DNA from: Neocallimastix sp. 'constans'
Taxonomy: Eukaryota
DNA: 64,000 nt
NCBI GenBank assembly: GCA_050613775.1
Contig: JBODTK010000106.1
Location: 248,001 to 312,000, forward strand
Reading direction: 5' to 3'
Shown: positions 22,942 to 38,894 of the stretch, in pieces
How the letters are laid out: each line of letters begins with the position of its first letter
Position numbering within the stretch: the first letter of the stretch is position 1
Notes under the pieces: generated by a model
The model's database searches: none
What the model was told of the DNA's origin: nothing
Seen by the model: only the letters and a program-made list of their open reading frames with translations
Position numbers and translations under genes: made by a program

Positions 22942-25407
22942 TTCTATATAACTTTATAATTTATGTAATTTGTATATTAAGATAAATAATTTATAAAAAA
23001 AAAAAGTATTAGAGATACTTAAAATTCCAATTGGTTCAATTGGTATATTAAATGATAATTTAATATTTAGCTAATTTCTTTTTAAATTTTAAAAAATTAT
23101 ATATATTAATTAAATTTTTCAATTTTAAAAAAAGTTTATTTTATAGAAAATTATTTTAATTAAATTTTTTATATTATAAATTTATTCTAATAAATTACAG
23201 TTGATTCAATAAACTCTAAATCTTATAAAAAAAAAATTTATGATTAAAAAAAAAAATAAAAAAAAATTATTAACAAATAATAAAATACAATTTTAAAATG
23301 TTAATAATTTAAATTTTATAAAAAAAAAATCTTATTTAAGATTCTTTAACATTCCTTTTTTTTTTATCTTTATTTTTTGACAATTAAAGAAAGAATTATA
23401 TATTTAGTAATAATAAATTAATAATTAAAATATTTATATAATATTACATAATAACAAATTAATAAGTATAATTATTTTTTATTTCTTTTAATTCATCTTT
23501 TTTTTTTTTTTATGTAAATAATCTATAATTTAAATATAATTAGAATACGATATTTATTGATAATAGTTCAGAGATTAATATAGTTAATATAATATCAAGA
23601 ATAAAAGTATTAATTTGATTAAATATATATTAATACGCATATATCATAATTGTTTATTTTATCTCTTATTATAAATAATAATGGATAAATTATTATATAG
23701 GACTTCACAACCATACATAATAATAACACTTTTTTTTTATTATATTTTTTTAATTAGTATAAAGCAATATAAAATTGTTAATTTTTTATTTTTAATTTTG
23801 TCATAACTTTAAGGAAAATTATTGTAAATCATTTCTCGGAAGATTTAATTTTTTATATTGAATTAAATTTTTATTGATTTTATAATTTATTAAATATTTT
23901 ACTTTTATTATTATTATTATTATTTTTTATTATTTATTATTTATTATTGATAATTATTAATAAATAACTATTTATTTTTACTCCTTTAAATTTTACTTTT
24001 TATTTTTTTTTAAAAAAAAAAAACGGCAAGTTTATTAATATATAAAATAATCATTTTAATTCATTTGTTAATTATTTTAAAAAAGACATTGTTAAAATAG
24101 AAATCATTTAAAAAAAAAAATGGTGTTACTATATTTAGAAAAAAATTAAAAAAGATTAAAGATCCATTTATATTAACAATATTTTCATATTATAATATAA
24201 TATAGTATATATATTTACATAACAAGTTAAAAATTAAATAATTTTATGGAATTATTTAATAAAAATATCAGATTGAAATAGTTAAATATCTCCTCATATT
24301 ATCTAATAAAAAAAAACAAATATATATTTATTCCTCCTTCTTTTAATTTAATAAAAAGGTATTTTTAATTATTGATTTCTACTTTTCACCAAATGATTTT
24401 TTTTTTTAATTTATAAATAAAACTTAAAAACCTAATAAGTAACAATTGATTAACTTAATTAAGATATATTCATTTTACCAAAAAAAAAAATAATAAAATA
24501 AAATAAAATAAAAAATAAAGAAATTAAAGATATTCTGATTAACTTTTATAATAAACATATAGTATAATTAAAGCATGTTTTCTTATTAATAATTATTATT
24601 TTTATTATAAAAATAATATTTATTAAATGTAATTCTATTTTTTTTTTTTTTTTTTTTTTTTGATTAAAAAAAAAAAAAAAATAGAAAAAATATATATATA
24701 TTAAATTATATTTATTGGATGCTATAAAAAAATCTTACCTTGATTTGATTAAAAGCTTTTCATTTTAAGTAACTAAAAAAAAATATTATATATACAAGAC
24801 TTACTGAAAATGGAAAATCACTAAAAATATTTTAATTTAGCAATATAGTGTAATATAAAATATAGAACAAATAATATAAATAGATATGTATATCTTTATA
24901 AGTGTAAATCATCTCATTCTCAATTTAATAATATTCAAAAAAAAAAAAAAATAAAAAATAAAAAATAAAAAATTTGAAAAAATTACAAAAATTACAAAAA
25001 TATATTGTAATACTAAAAAACAAAGATAGTAGAAGCTTTTATCATAAATCATAAAAATTATCCCTATATGTATATATATATATACAAAAAAAAATAAAAT
25101 GAAAAAAATCTAAAATAAAATTTGTATATGAGATAGCACCTATGTATATAATAATAATAATATAATTATAGTAGAAATAAAAATGATGTTAAGTAAAAAA
25201 TTAAAAACATAAAACAAAAAATAAAAAAAAATAACATAAAATATATATATGTATATATGCATATAATATTATAAAAAAACATGTATTTATCAAAATTTAC
25301 TATTAAATAAAGTTAGTAATCTACATAACGTTTTAACTTTTTTTGTGTGTGTATTTGTGTTCTAAGCCTGTAAATTCTTATTCATAAGTTATACTAAAAC
25401 AGTTAAA

Positions 25408-25443
<36 letters not shown>

Positions 25444-28400
25444 AGTCAATAATAATTTATATATATTTATATATTTATATATGTTATAAATATAATTTTT
25501 CTAAATATACCTCATTAATTTAATTAATTAACATTTTATTTTATTATTTATTATTATTTAATAGTTTATATATTTATTTTATTATGTGTAATATTTATCT
25601 ATTTATATATATATATTATTTTTATTAAATATATGATGTTTTTTTGTTTATTCTTTTTATTTTTATTTAAATCAATAGTAATATGAATAAAATAATATTT
25701 TTTATCATATTTTATATTAAGTTCACTTTATAGAGTATCCTAAAAAATACTAAAAATACTTTTTAGCTAAAGAATGAATTAAATATAGCATAATATAATA
25801 TTGAATAATGAGGAAAATATCATAATTTATGATATTTTAACAACAAAAAAAACCTTTTTTTAATATGGCTATTTTTATTTTTATTTATATATATTTATAT
25901 ATAATTTTTTTTTAGTATTCAATAATATATTAATACAAAATTATATTTTAATATTATAATTTTGTATTTATTACTAAAAATGATTATTAAAATTATTAAA
26001 TATATAATTTTATATTTAGTATTAAAAATGAATATTAAAAATGGATACTAAATATATTTAAAAAAAAAAAAAAAAGAATCCAAAAATTTTTGATATTACT
26101 GTTAGATTTAAAATTGGTTTAATTTATTTTTTAGAATATGTATTTAAATATATTTGTGTACATTCATATGTATTTAAATATGTTTATATATAATTATATT
26201 ATATATATATTAATCTTGTAACACCAAATACATATTAATATTTTATTAAATCAATAAAAATGAATTGAATGTATATATTCAATTAATAATTAAATTAAAA
26301 TTTTAAACTACATATCTTTATTCATCATATATACATTTATAGTATATAATTTTATTATTTAATTAAAATAATTCAATGAAAAACTTTTTATTAAACTTTT
26401 TTAAATAACATTTCCATTTTATAATAATTAATTATTCATTTTTATATTCTAGATGGCTATTTACAAATGAAAAAAAAAAAAAAGCATTTATTTTTATCAT
26501 TTAATTAATTTTATTACCATATAAAGTGAATTAATAAATAACTTAATGAATTGTAATTTTTTTTTTTTTTTTAAAAAAAAAACAAATAATTAAAAATAAA
26601 TATATTAATATTAATAATATGACGATGAATTACAAAAAAGAAATAATTATTATTATTTACTTCAATTATTCATTAATAAATTATTTTTTCTGCTATTTCA
26701 ATTGAATATAATTAAAAAAAAAGGTTTATTATTATTTTATTTATTTTTTTCCTAATTATCAATAGACTAAAATTTAAATGATATTCAAGCTATTTTCATA
26801 AATAATAGAAGATATAAAATAATTACCAAAAAAAAAAAAAAAAAAAAGCTAACTAAATGAGCGAAAGAAAAAATATATATGCATAAAAATAAATAAATTA
26901 ATTAATAAATATTAATTCTAATAATTAATATTACAAAACTATATATATATATCTATATATATTAAATATATCTAATAAATAGATATTAATTACTTTTAGA
27001 AATCAAATAAAATAAATGAAATGCTACATAAATAAATTAAAATCATTACTGATATATAACTTTATATTTTGTATAATATGGATTTTTATATCATGTTATA
27101 TTATTAAAAGTATGAAATAATATTTATCTTATATAATTTTTAATCATTTGATGTTAATATATATATTATTTTATAATTTATTTGTAATACATTATTATAT
27201 TATAAAACAAAAAACTTTAAAAAAATTTTTTTTATAAAAAATAAACCAAAGTCAACATCTAAATTAATATATAAATGACCTGCCATATATAATATATTAA
27301 TTAAAATAATAATGATTCAATGTTAAATGATTAAATAAAATAAACAAATAAACAAAAAAAAAAAATTTTTTTTTTTATTCTACGATATTCAAAACTTGCT
27401 TATTATCTGTACGTATATTATAATATAATGTAATATATTGAAACAACCGAAGATTAATAATAAATAAGATTTTTCTACTTTATACTTTATTATAATTAAA
27501 ATTATTAAATTAATTGTATTGCAACATATGTAAATAAATATAGAACAACTTTAATGGAAAATAGAACATTTTATTAATTAATAAGATTAGCATCGATGTA
27601 ACATATAATTGGGATGAAAAAAAAAATTAAAAAAAAAAAATTCTAAAACTTAATATTAAATTGAATTTATTTTTATTCTTTTTATATATATAAATTAACT
27701 AGCAAGTAAAATAAAAATAAATAAAAAATATAAAAGTAAAGTTATATTGAAATTTCAATTAGGTAAAAAAAAAAAGATTTTGATTTATTAAGAAATAAAA
27801 ATATTTATATAATTACATGAAATTACATGAATATAATTATAAATAAATAGATAAATATTTTTGTTATGATTGAAAAAAAAAAAGTTAATTGTACATATAA
27901 ATTATACCATTAAGTACATGTTTTAATAAAAATATAAATTTTAGTTCAATAATTTTTTATTAATATTGTTCCATTTATTTATATTAAGAAATAATAATTT
28001 ATTATTATTTTCTAATTTTAAATCTGATATTATTTATATAATAAAATTTTTAATTTTTTTTATTTAATAAATTATTATATATTTTATATCAACTTCAAAC
28101 AGTTTGAGCATATTTTTTAATTAAATAGATTATGATTATTTTAATTAATTTATATCAATAAATTTATCATTTTGATATTTCAATAGATCAAAAGCTTTAT
28201 TTTCGTGATATTTGGTTTATTATCAATTTTCGTCTTTTTGAATATTGGTTCGTTTGTTTCATTTTTTTTTTTAATACTTCTTTTATTCAAAACTTTTAAT
28301 TTTTTTTTATTATTATTATAAATATTATTAATAGTTCTATATATAATTATTATGTTATTAAAATAATTATTTAATTAATTGCTTACTTATAAATATTTCA

Positions 28401-29364
28401 TATTTACATCTATATTTATTTATGTTTTTTTTTTATTATTATTATTGTTATTATTATTATTAAAAAAAATAAAAATTCATCAAAAATGTTTTGTATTACT
28501 TTTTTTGGATGAATTAAAAATACTCAAATAATTAAAAGCTTAATTTATATTTATAAATAACTAAACTTTAAATTGATGTTCATTCTGTATAAATAAAATA
28601 ATAAAATTTTAATGGATATATATACATTATTACATTCACTAATATATTATTGCATTTACATATACTATATTTCTATTAATAATAATGTATTTTTTTTTTT
28701 TTTTGAAATAAAATATAAAGTTTTATCAATAAGAATACATATAACAAAGGTCTCGTGATATTAATCTTAAAATTTTTAAATTTATATTTAACTACTGCCA
28801 AATATTGGGTGTAAAAAAAAGAATTAGTAATAAAACATATTACAACTGGGTATATATGAAACCTATGAAACCTTTTATTAATTATTATTATTAATAATTA
28901 AATAAAAAAAAAAAAAAAAAAAAAAACAGTAATGAAATAATATTATAAAATAAAAACTTAAAAAAATTATTAAAAAATAAAAAAAATAAAAAAAAAATTA
29001 ATATTATGAATATTATATTATATACTTATTCAATATTAATTTAAAATAATAAAGGTAATGAATGTGGTTGGGTGGATGAATTTTTTTTTTTATTTAATAT
29101 ATTTTATCACTTAATAAATAAATAAAAATTAATATAATATATATATTATTTTTCTTTTTATCATTTATCTTTTTTTTTTTTAAAAAAAATTTTATTATTT
29201 ACTATTTCATTAATAGATTATTTACCTTTTTTTAAAAGCAATATGTTTATAAAAAATCAAAAAAGGAAAAAGAAGGGGAAAAAATAATAACTTCATATAA
29301 TTTCATAAACCGATCAATTATTTCTCTTTATTTCTTTTTTATCAAATATATATAATTAGGATAT

Positions 29365-29404
<40 letters not shown>

Positions 29405-30103
29405 AATAAAAAAATAATTATATCAAGACTTTCGATAATAACTAATGATAAATATAATATTAAATATACAAATAATATTTTTTTTATTATTTTATTTCTT
29501 GGTGATTCATAAAAGTTATTAATCTATCTATTAAATTAATTACACTAAATAATTATTTTTATTAATAAATGTTTATAGATAATATTATTATCAATTATAA
29601 AGTAATTTTAGCTTTTTTTTAAAAAAAAAAAAAAAAAAAAGAAAAAAAGAAAAAAAAAGTGATTATATTTACAAGTAATATTAAAAAAAAATAAAAATAA
29701 AAATGTCCTATTCCCTATTCATTACAAATATTTTATATTAATTTATCTCTTATAATTTATTTCTTTTTTTTTTTATTTTCTTTCAATTTTTTAATTAAAA
29801 ATAAATATAGTAATTAAAACACTTTTTTTAATTAAAAAAAAAAAAATAAATATAATTAATCTTATGATAACAATTAAAAATAAGTCATAAAGTACTTTTT
29901 TCTATAATTCTTTTTTTTTTTTTTTACTGTTATTATTCTTTGTTTTAAAAAATCATTAATTTTCCTAGAATTTTCTATATCAGAAATACCTTTACATTTT
30001 ACATTTCATTTATTATTAATAAAATATTACTATTTATTTATTTATTTATTAATATGTACATTCACTAATTATATTTATTAATTTATCTATTGATTTATTG
30101 ATA

Positions 30104-30380
30104 TTTTTCTTTTTAGAATGGGACTAACGAGAGGGAAGAACAATAGAGCTTTCAGTCTCCCTTAAACGTATCAAATTCTCATTGAATTCTTTACTGTTTC
30201 GGCTTTGATAAGGACTTACTCTCAAAACAAGGATAATATGAAAGACATTCCCTATATGATGCTTTATATGGCGGGCTTCTTTTCAGTGATATCTCGAACC
30301 ATCATCAAAGACACAGATCAAGCGCTCTCTTCACTAGCAATATAGTCTATCAATAGAAATACTTGCCATGGTGAAGATTT
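30104..30380 (-). mobile_element. Short poly(A) retroposon, family A copy 2 (diverged, 5'-truncated)
   Basis: Shares GGGAAGAACAATAG..CAGTCTC..CCTTAAA.GTATCA.ATTCTCATTG.ATTCT, CAAGG.TAATATGAAA.GACATTCC and CACAGATCAAG.GCTCTCT with 19121-19432; possible TSD ATTTATTGAT at 30093-30102 and 30381-30390 (low complexity). Confidence 0.7.
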
Positions 30381-31298
30381 ATTTATTGATTAATTGATTA
30401 TTTAGTTAGTTAGTTAATTAGTGAGTTAGTTAATATTTAGTTACTTAATTATTTATTTATATTTTAATTCATCATATTTATATATTTTTTGTATGATTAA
30501 TACTTTTTTATAAATATTTCATATTCATAAATCAAAATATACAAAGTGGTATATATTGTTCAATATAAATTAATATATTATAATTCATATAATTCAATAG
30601 AAAATAAAATGTTTTTTTTTTTTTTTCTAATAATAATAAATGTTTTTTAGTTTTAATTAAAATTTTTTAATAATAATAAATGTTTTTAGTTTTAATTAAA
30701 ATTTTTTTAATAACTATAAAGTTTTTCTTTATAATATAATATATATTGTTAATATGCATTTAATATATTAAAATACATATTATAATAATCTATATAAAAT
30801 AAAAATAAAAAAATTATATTCCATTCATTCATTATATATAAAAAATATAATCATTTCTATATAAATTTTACTTATTAAATGTATTTTTACTATATTAGGT
30901 AAAAAAAATTAACACAAATTAAAAAATTTTATTCAATATATTTATTCGTAATTATTTAATAATTTAGTTACACAAATCTTTTTTAATTTTTTTTTATATT
31001 TTTTTTTCATGTTTCTAATTTCAAAATTCACAAATTAAGTATTTAATAGTCGTCTATTCATAATATTTCGAAATATTTTATCCTAATTAAAAAAAATAAA
31101 ATAAAAAATAAAATAAAAAATAAAATAAAATAAAATATAAAATAAAATAAAAAATAAAATAAAAAATAAAATAAAATAAAAAATAAAATAAAATAAAATA
31201 AAAAATAAAATAAAAAATAAAATAATATAAAATAAGTATTTAAAGATGCCATCTTCCTAATTATTTTTAACCAAGAATATATCGCGAAATATTCAAAA

Positions 31299-32133
31299 AT
31301 GCTAGAAGAAAAATCATATGGTACCCGATGTCGAAAAATAAATTATTGGGTTAGTAAGGAAGGCAGTTCAAACCTTACTTTAATTTTATTACCTGGAATA
31401 TCAATGAGTCATCATATGTTCAAAAATCAACTTGAATATTTCGAAGGAAAATATAATATTATGACTTGGGACGCACCAGCTAATGCTTCTTCTTATCCTT
31501 TTAATTTAAATTTCGATTTAAAGGATAAGGCTATTTGGTTAGATGAAATTATCACAAGCGAAGGCTTACCAAATCCTATTATTATTGGACATTCTATGGG
31601 TGGTTAGGTTGGTCAGGTTTATACACAAAACTTCCCTGAAAAACTTAAAGGATTTGTATCTCTTAGTTCCTCTCCAATACAAAAAAAATATTGTACTGGC
31701 ATGGAATTATTTAGTAATAAATGGGTATTAGGATCATTAATGTATTTGACTAAATGGATGTCTTGGGAATCTATTGTCAATTCCGGAATTGAAAATTATG
31801 GTTTTACTGAAGAAAGTAAAGAAATTATGCGTGAAAATTTTAAATATTATGAAGATGATAGAGATAGATATTATGACTTATTTACTCAATTCTACAAAAA
31901 TAAACAATGAAGCTATTGAAACTGATCTTCCCTGTGAATTTAAATGTCCAGTATTATAAACCTGTGGAGAAAAGGATAAAACTAGTTATATTATGCAAAA
32001 AAATAAGAGTTGGAGTGAAGATTGTAGTTTTAAATTAGAAATTTTAGAGAATACTGGCCATCTATCTCCATCTGATAACCCTGAAAAGATAAATTCACTT
32101 ATTGAAAATTTTGTTAAAACAATTAAAGTTTAA
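31299..32133 (+). pseudogene. Intronless alpha/beta-hydrolase pseudogene (esterase/lipase-like, bacterial type)
   Basis: LLPG, WDAP, nucleophile elbow GHSMGG, CPVL..CGEKD, catalytic-His region GHLSPSDNPEKINSLIENF. Lesions: TAG at 31605-31607, frameshift near 31897-31901 (A5 run), TAA at 31957-31959; natural stop 32131-32133. Confidence 0.85.
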
Positions 32134-32550
32134 ATAATTATAATATATAATTTAAAAACATAACAAAACAAACAAAAAAAAAATTTTTTTTGATAATTAT
32201 TGTTTGATTTTGTTATTAAAATTTATTAATTAATAAATTCTTAATTATATTTATATTTCTCCTTTTCTATATATGCTTTTAAAAGTTATAGGATGTAAGA
32301 ACATATTTTTATTTTTTATTTTTAAAGCTAATGATTTATTACAATAACATTTTTACTGATGTTTTATTGATATCAACACCATGTCTATAAGAAAAATACA
32401 CTACTTTTATTTTCCTTTTTTTTTTTTACATTAAATTAAAAAAGTTTATCATATTTCTTTTTTTCGTTATAATTTTATTTTTTAATTATGCCTTTTAATT
32501 ATTGAAACTAATGAAATATCTATTTAAATGATCAGTATACTATTAAATTA

Positions 32551-32610
<60 letters not shown>

Positions 32611-32762
32611 CGTCCAAATAGATATGATATTTAAATTTTCATAAAACTAATAATGTAAATTTTATTAAAACTTGTTAATTATTCAATAACAATTTTCCTA
32701 TTACTTCTCCTTTTTTTTATTTATATATTTATTTATATTTATTTATTTATTTATTTATACTT

Positions 32763-32793
<31 letters not shown>

Positions 32794-33194
32794 TTATTTT
32801 TATTGGTATTATTGTCTCAAAATATAATTAAAATTTATAATCTTCAGAACATAAAATATATCCAATTACCAAGTTATTTTTTTTTTTTAATTTTATTTAA
32901 ATTCTTTTTGTTTTGTTTTCTTAACCCTTTCAGTGAATTTATTAAATAGAATATGGTATTTTTTTTTTTTTTTAAATATATATATTAATTATAAAAATGT
33001 ATGAAGTTTTTACTTTTATTTTAGTTTGATATAGAAATTAAAAAATATTATTACAAATATAAATATTAAAGAAGCATTAACAATAAATGAAATAAAAATA
33101 ATAATAATGATGAAATAAAATAATATAACAAAAAAAAAAAAAAATAAAAAAAATGAAATATACATTTATTTAACAAAAGGTTATTTATATATAT

Positions 33195-33228
<34 letters not shown>

Positions 33229-36200
33229 TTGGATACATATCTATATATATTTAAATTATTTATAAAAATAACATGATATAATTAATCACAAAAGGATTAG
33301 AAATTGCTAGAGTATATAATACTCAACGGTTCCTATTTAAGAATGGTATTATAACAATGTAAAATATTAAAAAAAAAAAAAAAAAAAAAAACACCTCACA
33401 TAATTCATTATAATTTAATGAATACTAAATAATTGATACATGGTATACAAAAAGCTATATTTTATTTATTTATTTATTTATTTTTTTACAAAAATATATT
33501 TTAAATAATTAAAAATAAATATTGTTTAAATTTGTTATTTAATGAATAATATAAATATATAAATATATATATATATATATTTTTTTTTTACAATATTAAA
33601 ACAATATATCAATGAATAAATTATTATCAGATAAATAAAAATCAAATTTTTTATATCAATAAATATAATTATCTATAAATCTTTATATTTATATTAGATG
33701 ATATATGATAATTTAGCATAATAAAATATTTTTATTATCCTAAAATTATGCATCTAAAAAGGAAATAAGATATGTTTATTATACTATTTTATAAAATAAA
33801 AAAATGATAATAATTATTGATATTTAGAATTTCAGAATTCTAGCTTTTAAAAAATTCTTTTAAATTAATATTAATGAACTATTTAAAATATATAATACTA
33901 TTAAATTAAATTATAATATACAATATTTTTTTAAAGTTGCCGTATATTATGATATAAATCCTTTATACTTTTATATATGTTAATATATGAAATTTTATAT
34001 TACTGTTATTTAATTAAATATGATGTTTAATTTAAAATTATTTATATATTAAAGTGTAACTCTTTTTAATTCTTATAATGAATCATATATTATAATATAA
34101 ATAAATAAATTTTAATATATATAAATCATGAATTAAATAAAAAAAATATATCATTAAGCTTTACTCATTAAAAAAATTTTTTTCTAAAAAAAAAAGGAAT
34201 GTAATACAAATTAAATAATAGAACAAATAAGGTTTAGATTATTTTATATATTAGAAAAGTGTATTTATTATTTTATATTTTAATTAAAATTTCTTTTTTA
34301 AATAAATATTAAAGTGCATTTCTAATATATATTTTTTTTAAAATTATTTATTATTACTTATTTTATTTCTTTTTAAAATGAATAAAATTTATTATATATT
34401 TATTATAACATTTTACCTTTTTTTTTTTTTTTTTATAATAAATAATCTCATAATCTCACTTTCAAAAAAGGGAAAATAATTAATTAATTAATTAATTAAT
34501 TCATATTAATTAAATTATTTATATTTGATAATTAAATTTTTTTATATTAAATTATATTTTTTACATTCTATTTTGAATTATTTTAATATGAATAATACAA
34601 AATATTAAATATTAATAATATAAGAAATAAAAATAATAAATGTAAATAATATTATATACCATATATGGATAATATAAAAAAATATATAAATAATTATTTC
34701 ATAATTTATTATTATATATTTTTTTGAGATGGTTGTCCATTTTAAAAATTTAAATCTAATATATTTATAAATATAATTTATATATATTTTTTATTAAAGT
34801 AATTAAAGAAATAATTATTTATTATTATTATTTTTTTTTATTCTTATACCAAATTATCTTTATTTAACAAAAATAATGAAATAATGATCATTCATATATA
34901 TCAAAGTATATATAGATACTATAGATTTATTTTTTTTATTATATATACACTTAGTATGGAAGGAATTGGGATATAGAAATATCTTAAAAAAAAAAAAAGA
35001 ATAATAAAAAAGTAAAATAAAATTTAATAATCAAAAAAAATTTTTTTGATTTATAAAAAATGTTTATAGAATTTTTTAATAATTTATTTTATAATATAAT
35101 AATATATAAAATTTAACATGATATATATATTTTTTCATGCTTTTTAACAGCTACTTTTAAAAAGAAAGTATATATTTATAGAAAAGCATTGCTTTTCTAT
35201 TCTAAATTTTTTTTTATTCTATAATGATTTATTTCTTTTACTTAAAAAATAATATGGTAAATTATTATTTTTTTTGTTGATATTTTTATAAATGTTTACT
35301 TTTTAATGTTGATGATTAATATGCATTCGATATTAATAGCAAATCATCTATATATAATGTATAACTTATTATATTTATTATTTATATTTAAAATATATTG
35401 ATTTTTTTTTTTTTTTTTTTTTACTAATTAAAATTTCATCGTCATTATAAAGTTAATACAATTTAAACAAATAAAAAAATTTTTTAAGGATGACCTAATA
35501 TATATAATTAATCAATTTATAAGTTATTTTTCGAATTATTATTAATAAAGTTTTTCTTTTTTTTTTTTTATAATTTTTTATTATAAAACTATATTATATA
35601 ATAAATATTTAATTATATTACAAGAAGTAAAATAATAAAATATATTATTATATATTATGTCATGAAGTAACGGCATATATTTCAATTGTTTTTATTTATT
35701 ATTCATATTATATGAAAATAGTACAAGGTTCATTAAAAATGTAATACATGACTATATGATAATTTAATAAATTGAATTTCATTATATTATTATAATATAT
35801 AAGATAAATAATTAAAAATATAAAAATATATATTGGAATATATTCAAATGTATATTATTGTTAATAATTTATTTTATCTTTTAAATTATATTTTACTTTG
35901 ATTTAATTTGTGTTAGAAAATTTTTTTATTTATTATCTAATAGAGTTTATTCATTGTAATACAATATATATTATTATTAGTTTATTCTAATATTTATAAA
36001 AAATAATTATATTTATTTGCCTTTTTTTTTTTTTTAATTTTTTTACCTTTTATATTAAATAAAAAATATTGTAAATATAGGTTAAAGTAATAAACCAATA
36101 AAGTCTACATATTGAATATTGTATTATTATTATATATTATATATTATATATTTTAATATATAATATTAACTATATATATTATTATTTAATTATTTATTAT

Positions 36201-37557
36201 ATAATCCTATATATTATTCATTTAAAATGTTTATTTATTATATTTATTTATATACTTTTTAATTATGTACAATTTAAATAAAATATAAAAGAAAATAATA
36301 TATATAAAAAAAAAACATTTATATTTGCCATAAAAGAATTAATATATTAATAATATAAATAATTATATTTTAAATATAAGTTAAATAATTTTACATTACC
36401 TGAAAATCATTATAATATAATATAATAAATTATATATATAACTTTAATTAAATGGTTTATCCTATTTTAAACAAAATTTATTAAAATAAAATTTTTTTAA
36501 ATAGTAGTATAAAGTAATATAAATATATATATATATTTTTAATTGTTATATCAAATTAATTAGAATAATAAATTTAATATAAAAAAATATTTTTTTTTTA
36601 AACATTTCTTTATAAATACGATAAATAATCTCTTTGCTTTTTCTTTTTTTTCTTTTAATTTTTTTTTTTTTTAAAGTTTAAAAGTAAATTATAAATTTGT
36701 TAAGTTGTTTTTTTTTTAAAAAAAATCAATTTTAAAGCATTTTATGTTTTGATAAAAATAATATTATTATATAATTTAATACTGTTATTATTAATTTTAT
36801 AGTAATATAAATATTTCGAATAATAAAAGTTTAATAAAGGAATATATTATTGTCTTATTAATTTTCCAAATACATATATTTCTTTAAAATACAATATAAT
36901 ATATAGAAAAACAAGTCTATGATTTTTAAAAAAAAATATTTTTTAAATCAATAGTCAAAATAAACGTTAGTTTTTCAACTTATATGTAATATATATAGAA
37001 AATATTAAATGATCAAAGTAAAACAGTAATTTTAAAAGAAAAATTAATAAAATAATACAAATAAGCAACCGTGATTATCTATTTCTTATTGTTTTATTTA
37101 CAAAAGTAAATATAAAATTTTAAAATATTTTTTTAATAAAAATGATTTAATAAAATATATTAATTAGAATATAATATAAAATAATAATTAAAATAAAATT
37201 AAAATTATAAAAAATAGTTAACAAATTTAATATTATTTAAATAAAGTAAAAATATATTTCATTATGTAATACCTAAAAAAGGAAATATAAGTTTATTATA
37301 ATATTAAAAATTGTTTTTTTTTCTCGAATATTAAAAATTTTAAATTCCAAAAATAGTCAAATAATGCATAATATAGTTAATGTGTTTATATATGAAATAA
37401 TGAAATTCAATTTATTTAATAGTAAATAATATTAATGGAAGTAGTGATAAATACTAATTATTATTTTTTATTATATATTAGAATTATAAATATAGAAATT
37501 ATTTAGAAGTAAAATTTATTATTTTTTTTATTGTAAAAAAGAAATTCCATTTATAAA

Positions 37558-38894
37558 ATGTCTGCGATTAATAGAGCCGAATATGATCAGCGTAAGTAAT
37601 ATAAAAAATATAAAATATAAAATTTTAAAAGATATATTGTTGTACAAATATTTATGTAAATAAAAATTAAATAATAGGAAATAAAAAACTAAATAATATT
37701 AAATAAAAAATATATATCTATATATATATTATATATATAGAAAATCTTAGGGTACCTCAAGAATCCCAACAATATAAACAAGAAGATATTGATGATTCTG
37801 AAGTTGAAGAAAGTCCAAAAGAAAAGAGAACTGGTAGAAGAAAAATTAAGATTGAATACATTGATGATAAAAGTAGAAGACATATTACTTTCAGTAAACG
37901 AAAGGCAGGTATTATGAAAAAGGCTTATGAACTTTCAACTTTAACTGGTACTCAAGTTTTATTATTAGTTGCTTCTGAAACTGGTCATGTTTATACTTTT
38001 GCTACCACTAAACTTCAACCTTTAATTACTAAAACGGAAGGTAAGACTCTTATTCAATCTTGTTTAAATGCTCCAGATGTTGCTACTGATAATATGAATT
38101 ATCCACAAGGATCTGCTGCTACTGCAGCATCTAATACTGGTAGCGCAAGTACACAATCATCTCCTATATATAACCCATCTCCAGCTGCAGCTGCTGCCTC
38201 AACTATCCCATCACCACAAAGTAATATAGTTAAGAATAACGCTGTTCAAGAATCTTCACCACAATCTATGCCTTCACAAAAAATAACTCTTCAATCCCAA
38301 ATTTATAATGAAAGTAGTCCTCAAGTTGCAGCTCAAAAACCAACACCAGCTCAAAATGTTAATCCTGAACAAGCTCATGAAATTTTCAATGATGAAAGAA
38401 AGATATTCCAACAACCATCTTATAATGGTACAACTACTCCAACAATGCCATACAATAGTCTTAGTACATTACAAAATCCAAACTTTTCACCTCAAAGTTA
38501 TCAACAAACTCCTCAACAACAACCAACTACACCAAATAATCAATTAACTTCAAATGGTATCCCAGTAAATTCACCATATATGTATCAATATTCTTCAACT
38601 AATGTACAAACTGCAGGATACCAATCAGCATATGGTAATATGGTAGGTTCAGCTACTGGTTACTTTACACCAACTTCAGTATCTTCACCACAAGCTGGTC
38701 CACAAAATCAACTTCCACAAGCTAATTCATTAATAATGTCTTCTTTAAGACAACAACCAACTCCTCCTCAATATCCAAATTCTTCATCTCAATCACATCC
38801 TCCAGCTACTCAAAGAACTCAAAGAAGAGTACATCCATATCAACGTTCACCAAGTAATCAAACTGCTCCACCAACTCCTCAAAGCAGTCATTAA
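37558..38894 (+). CDS. MCM1: SRF/Mcm1-type MADS-box transcription factor with a long Q/S/P-rich C-terminal region; 2 exons (37558-37591, 37741-38894)
   Basis: GRRKIKIEYIDDKSRRHITFSKRKAGIMKKAYELSTLTGTQVLLLVASETGHVYTFATTKLQPLI is the SRF-type MADS/SAM signature; GTAAGT donor at 37592 and TAG acceptor at 37740 keep the frame. Confidence 0.93.

Noticed and set aside
34659..34668. CArG box CCATATATGG upstream of the MADS-box gene (autoregulation)
   Set aside because: It is 2.9 kb from the ATG, and other CC(A/T)6GG matches occur at 40874 and 56498, so chance cannot be excluded.
35178..35200. Short hairpins such as ATAGAAAAGCA-T-TGCTTTTCTAT
   Set aside because: Short inverted repeats are frequent at this AT content and there is no supporting context.
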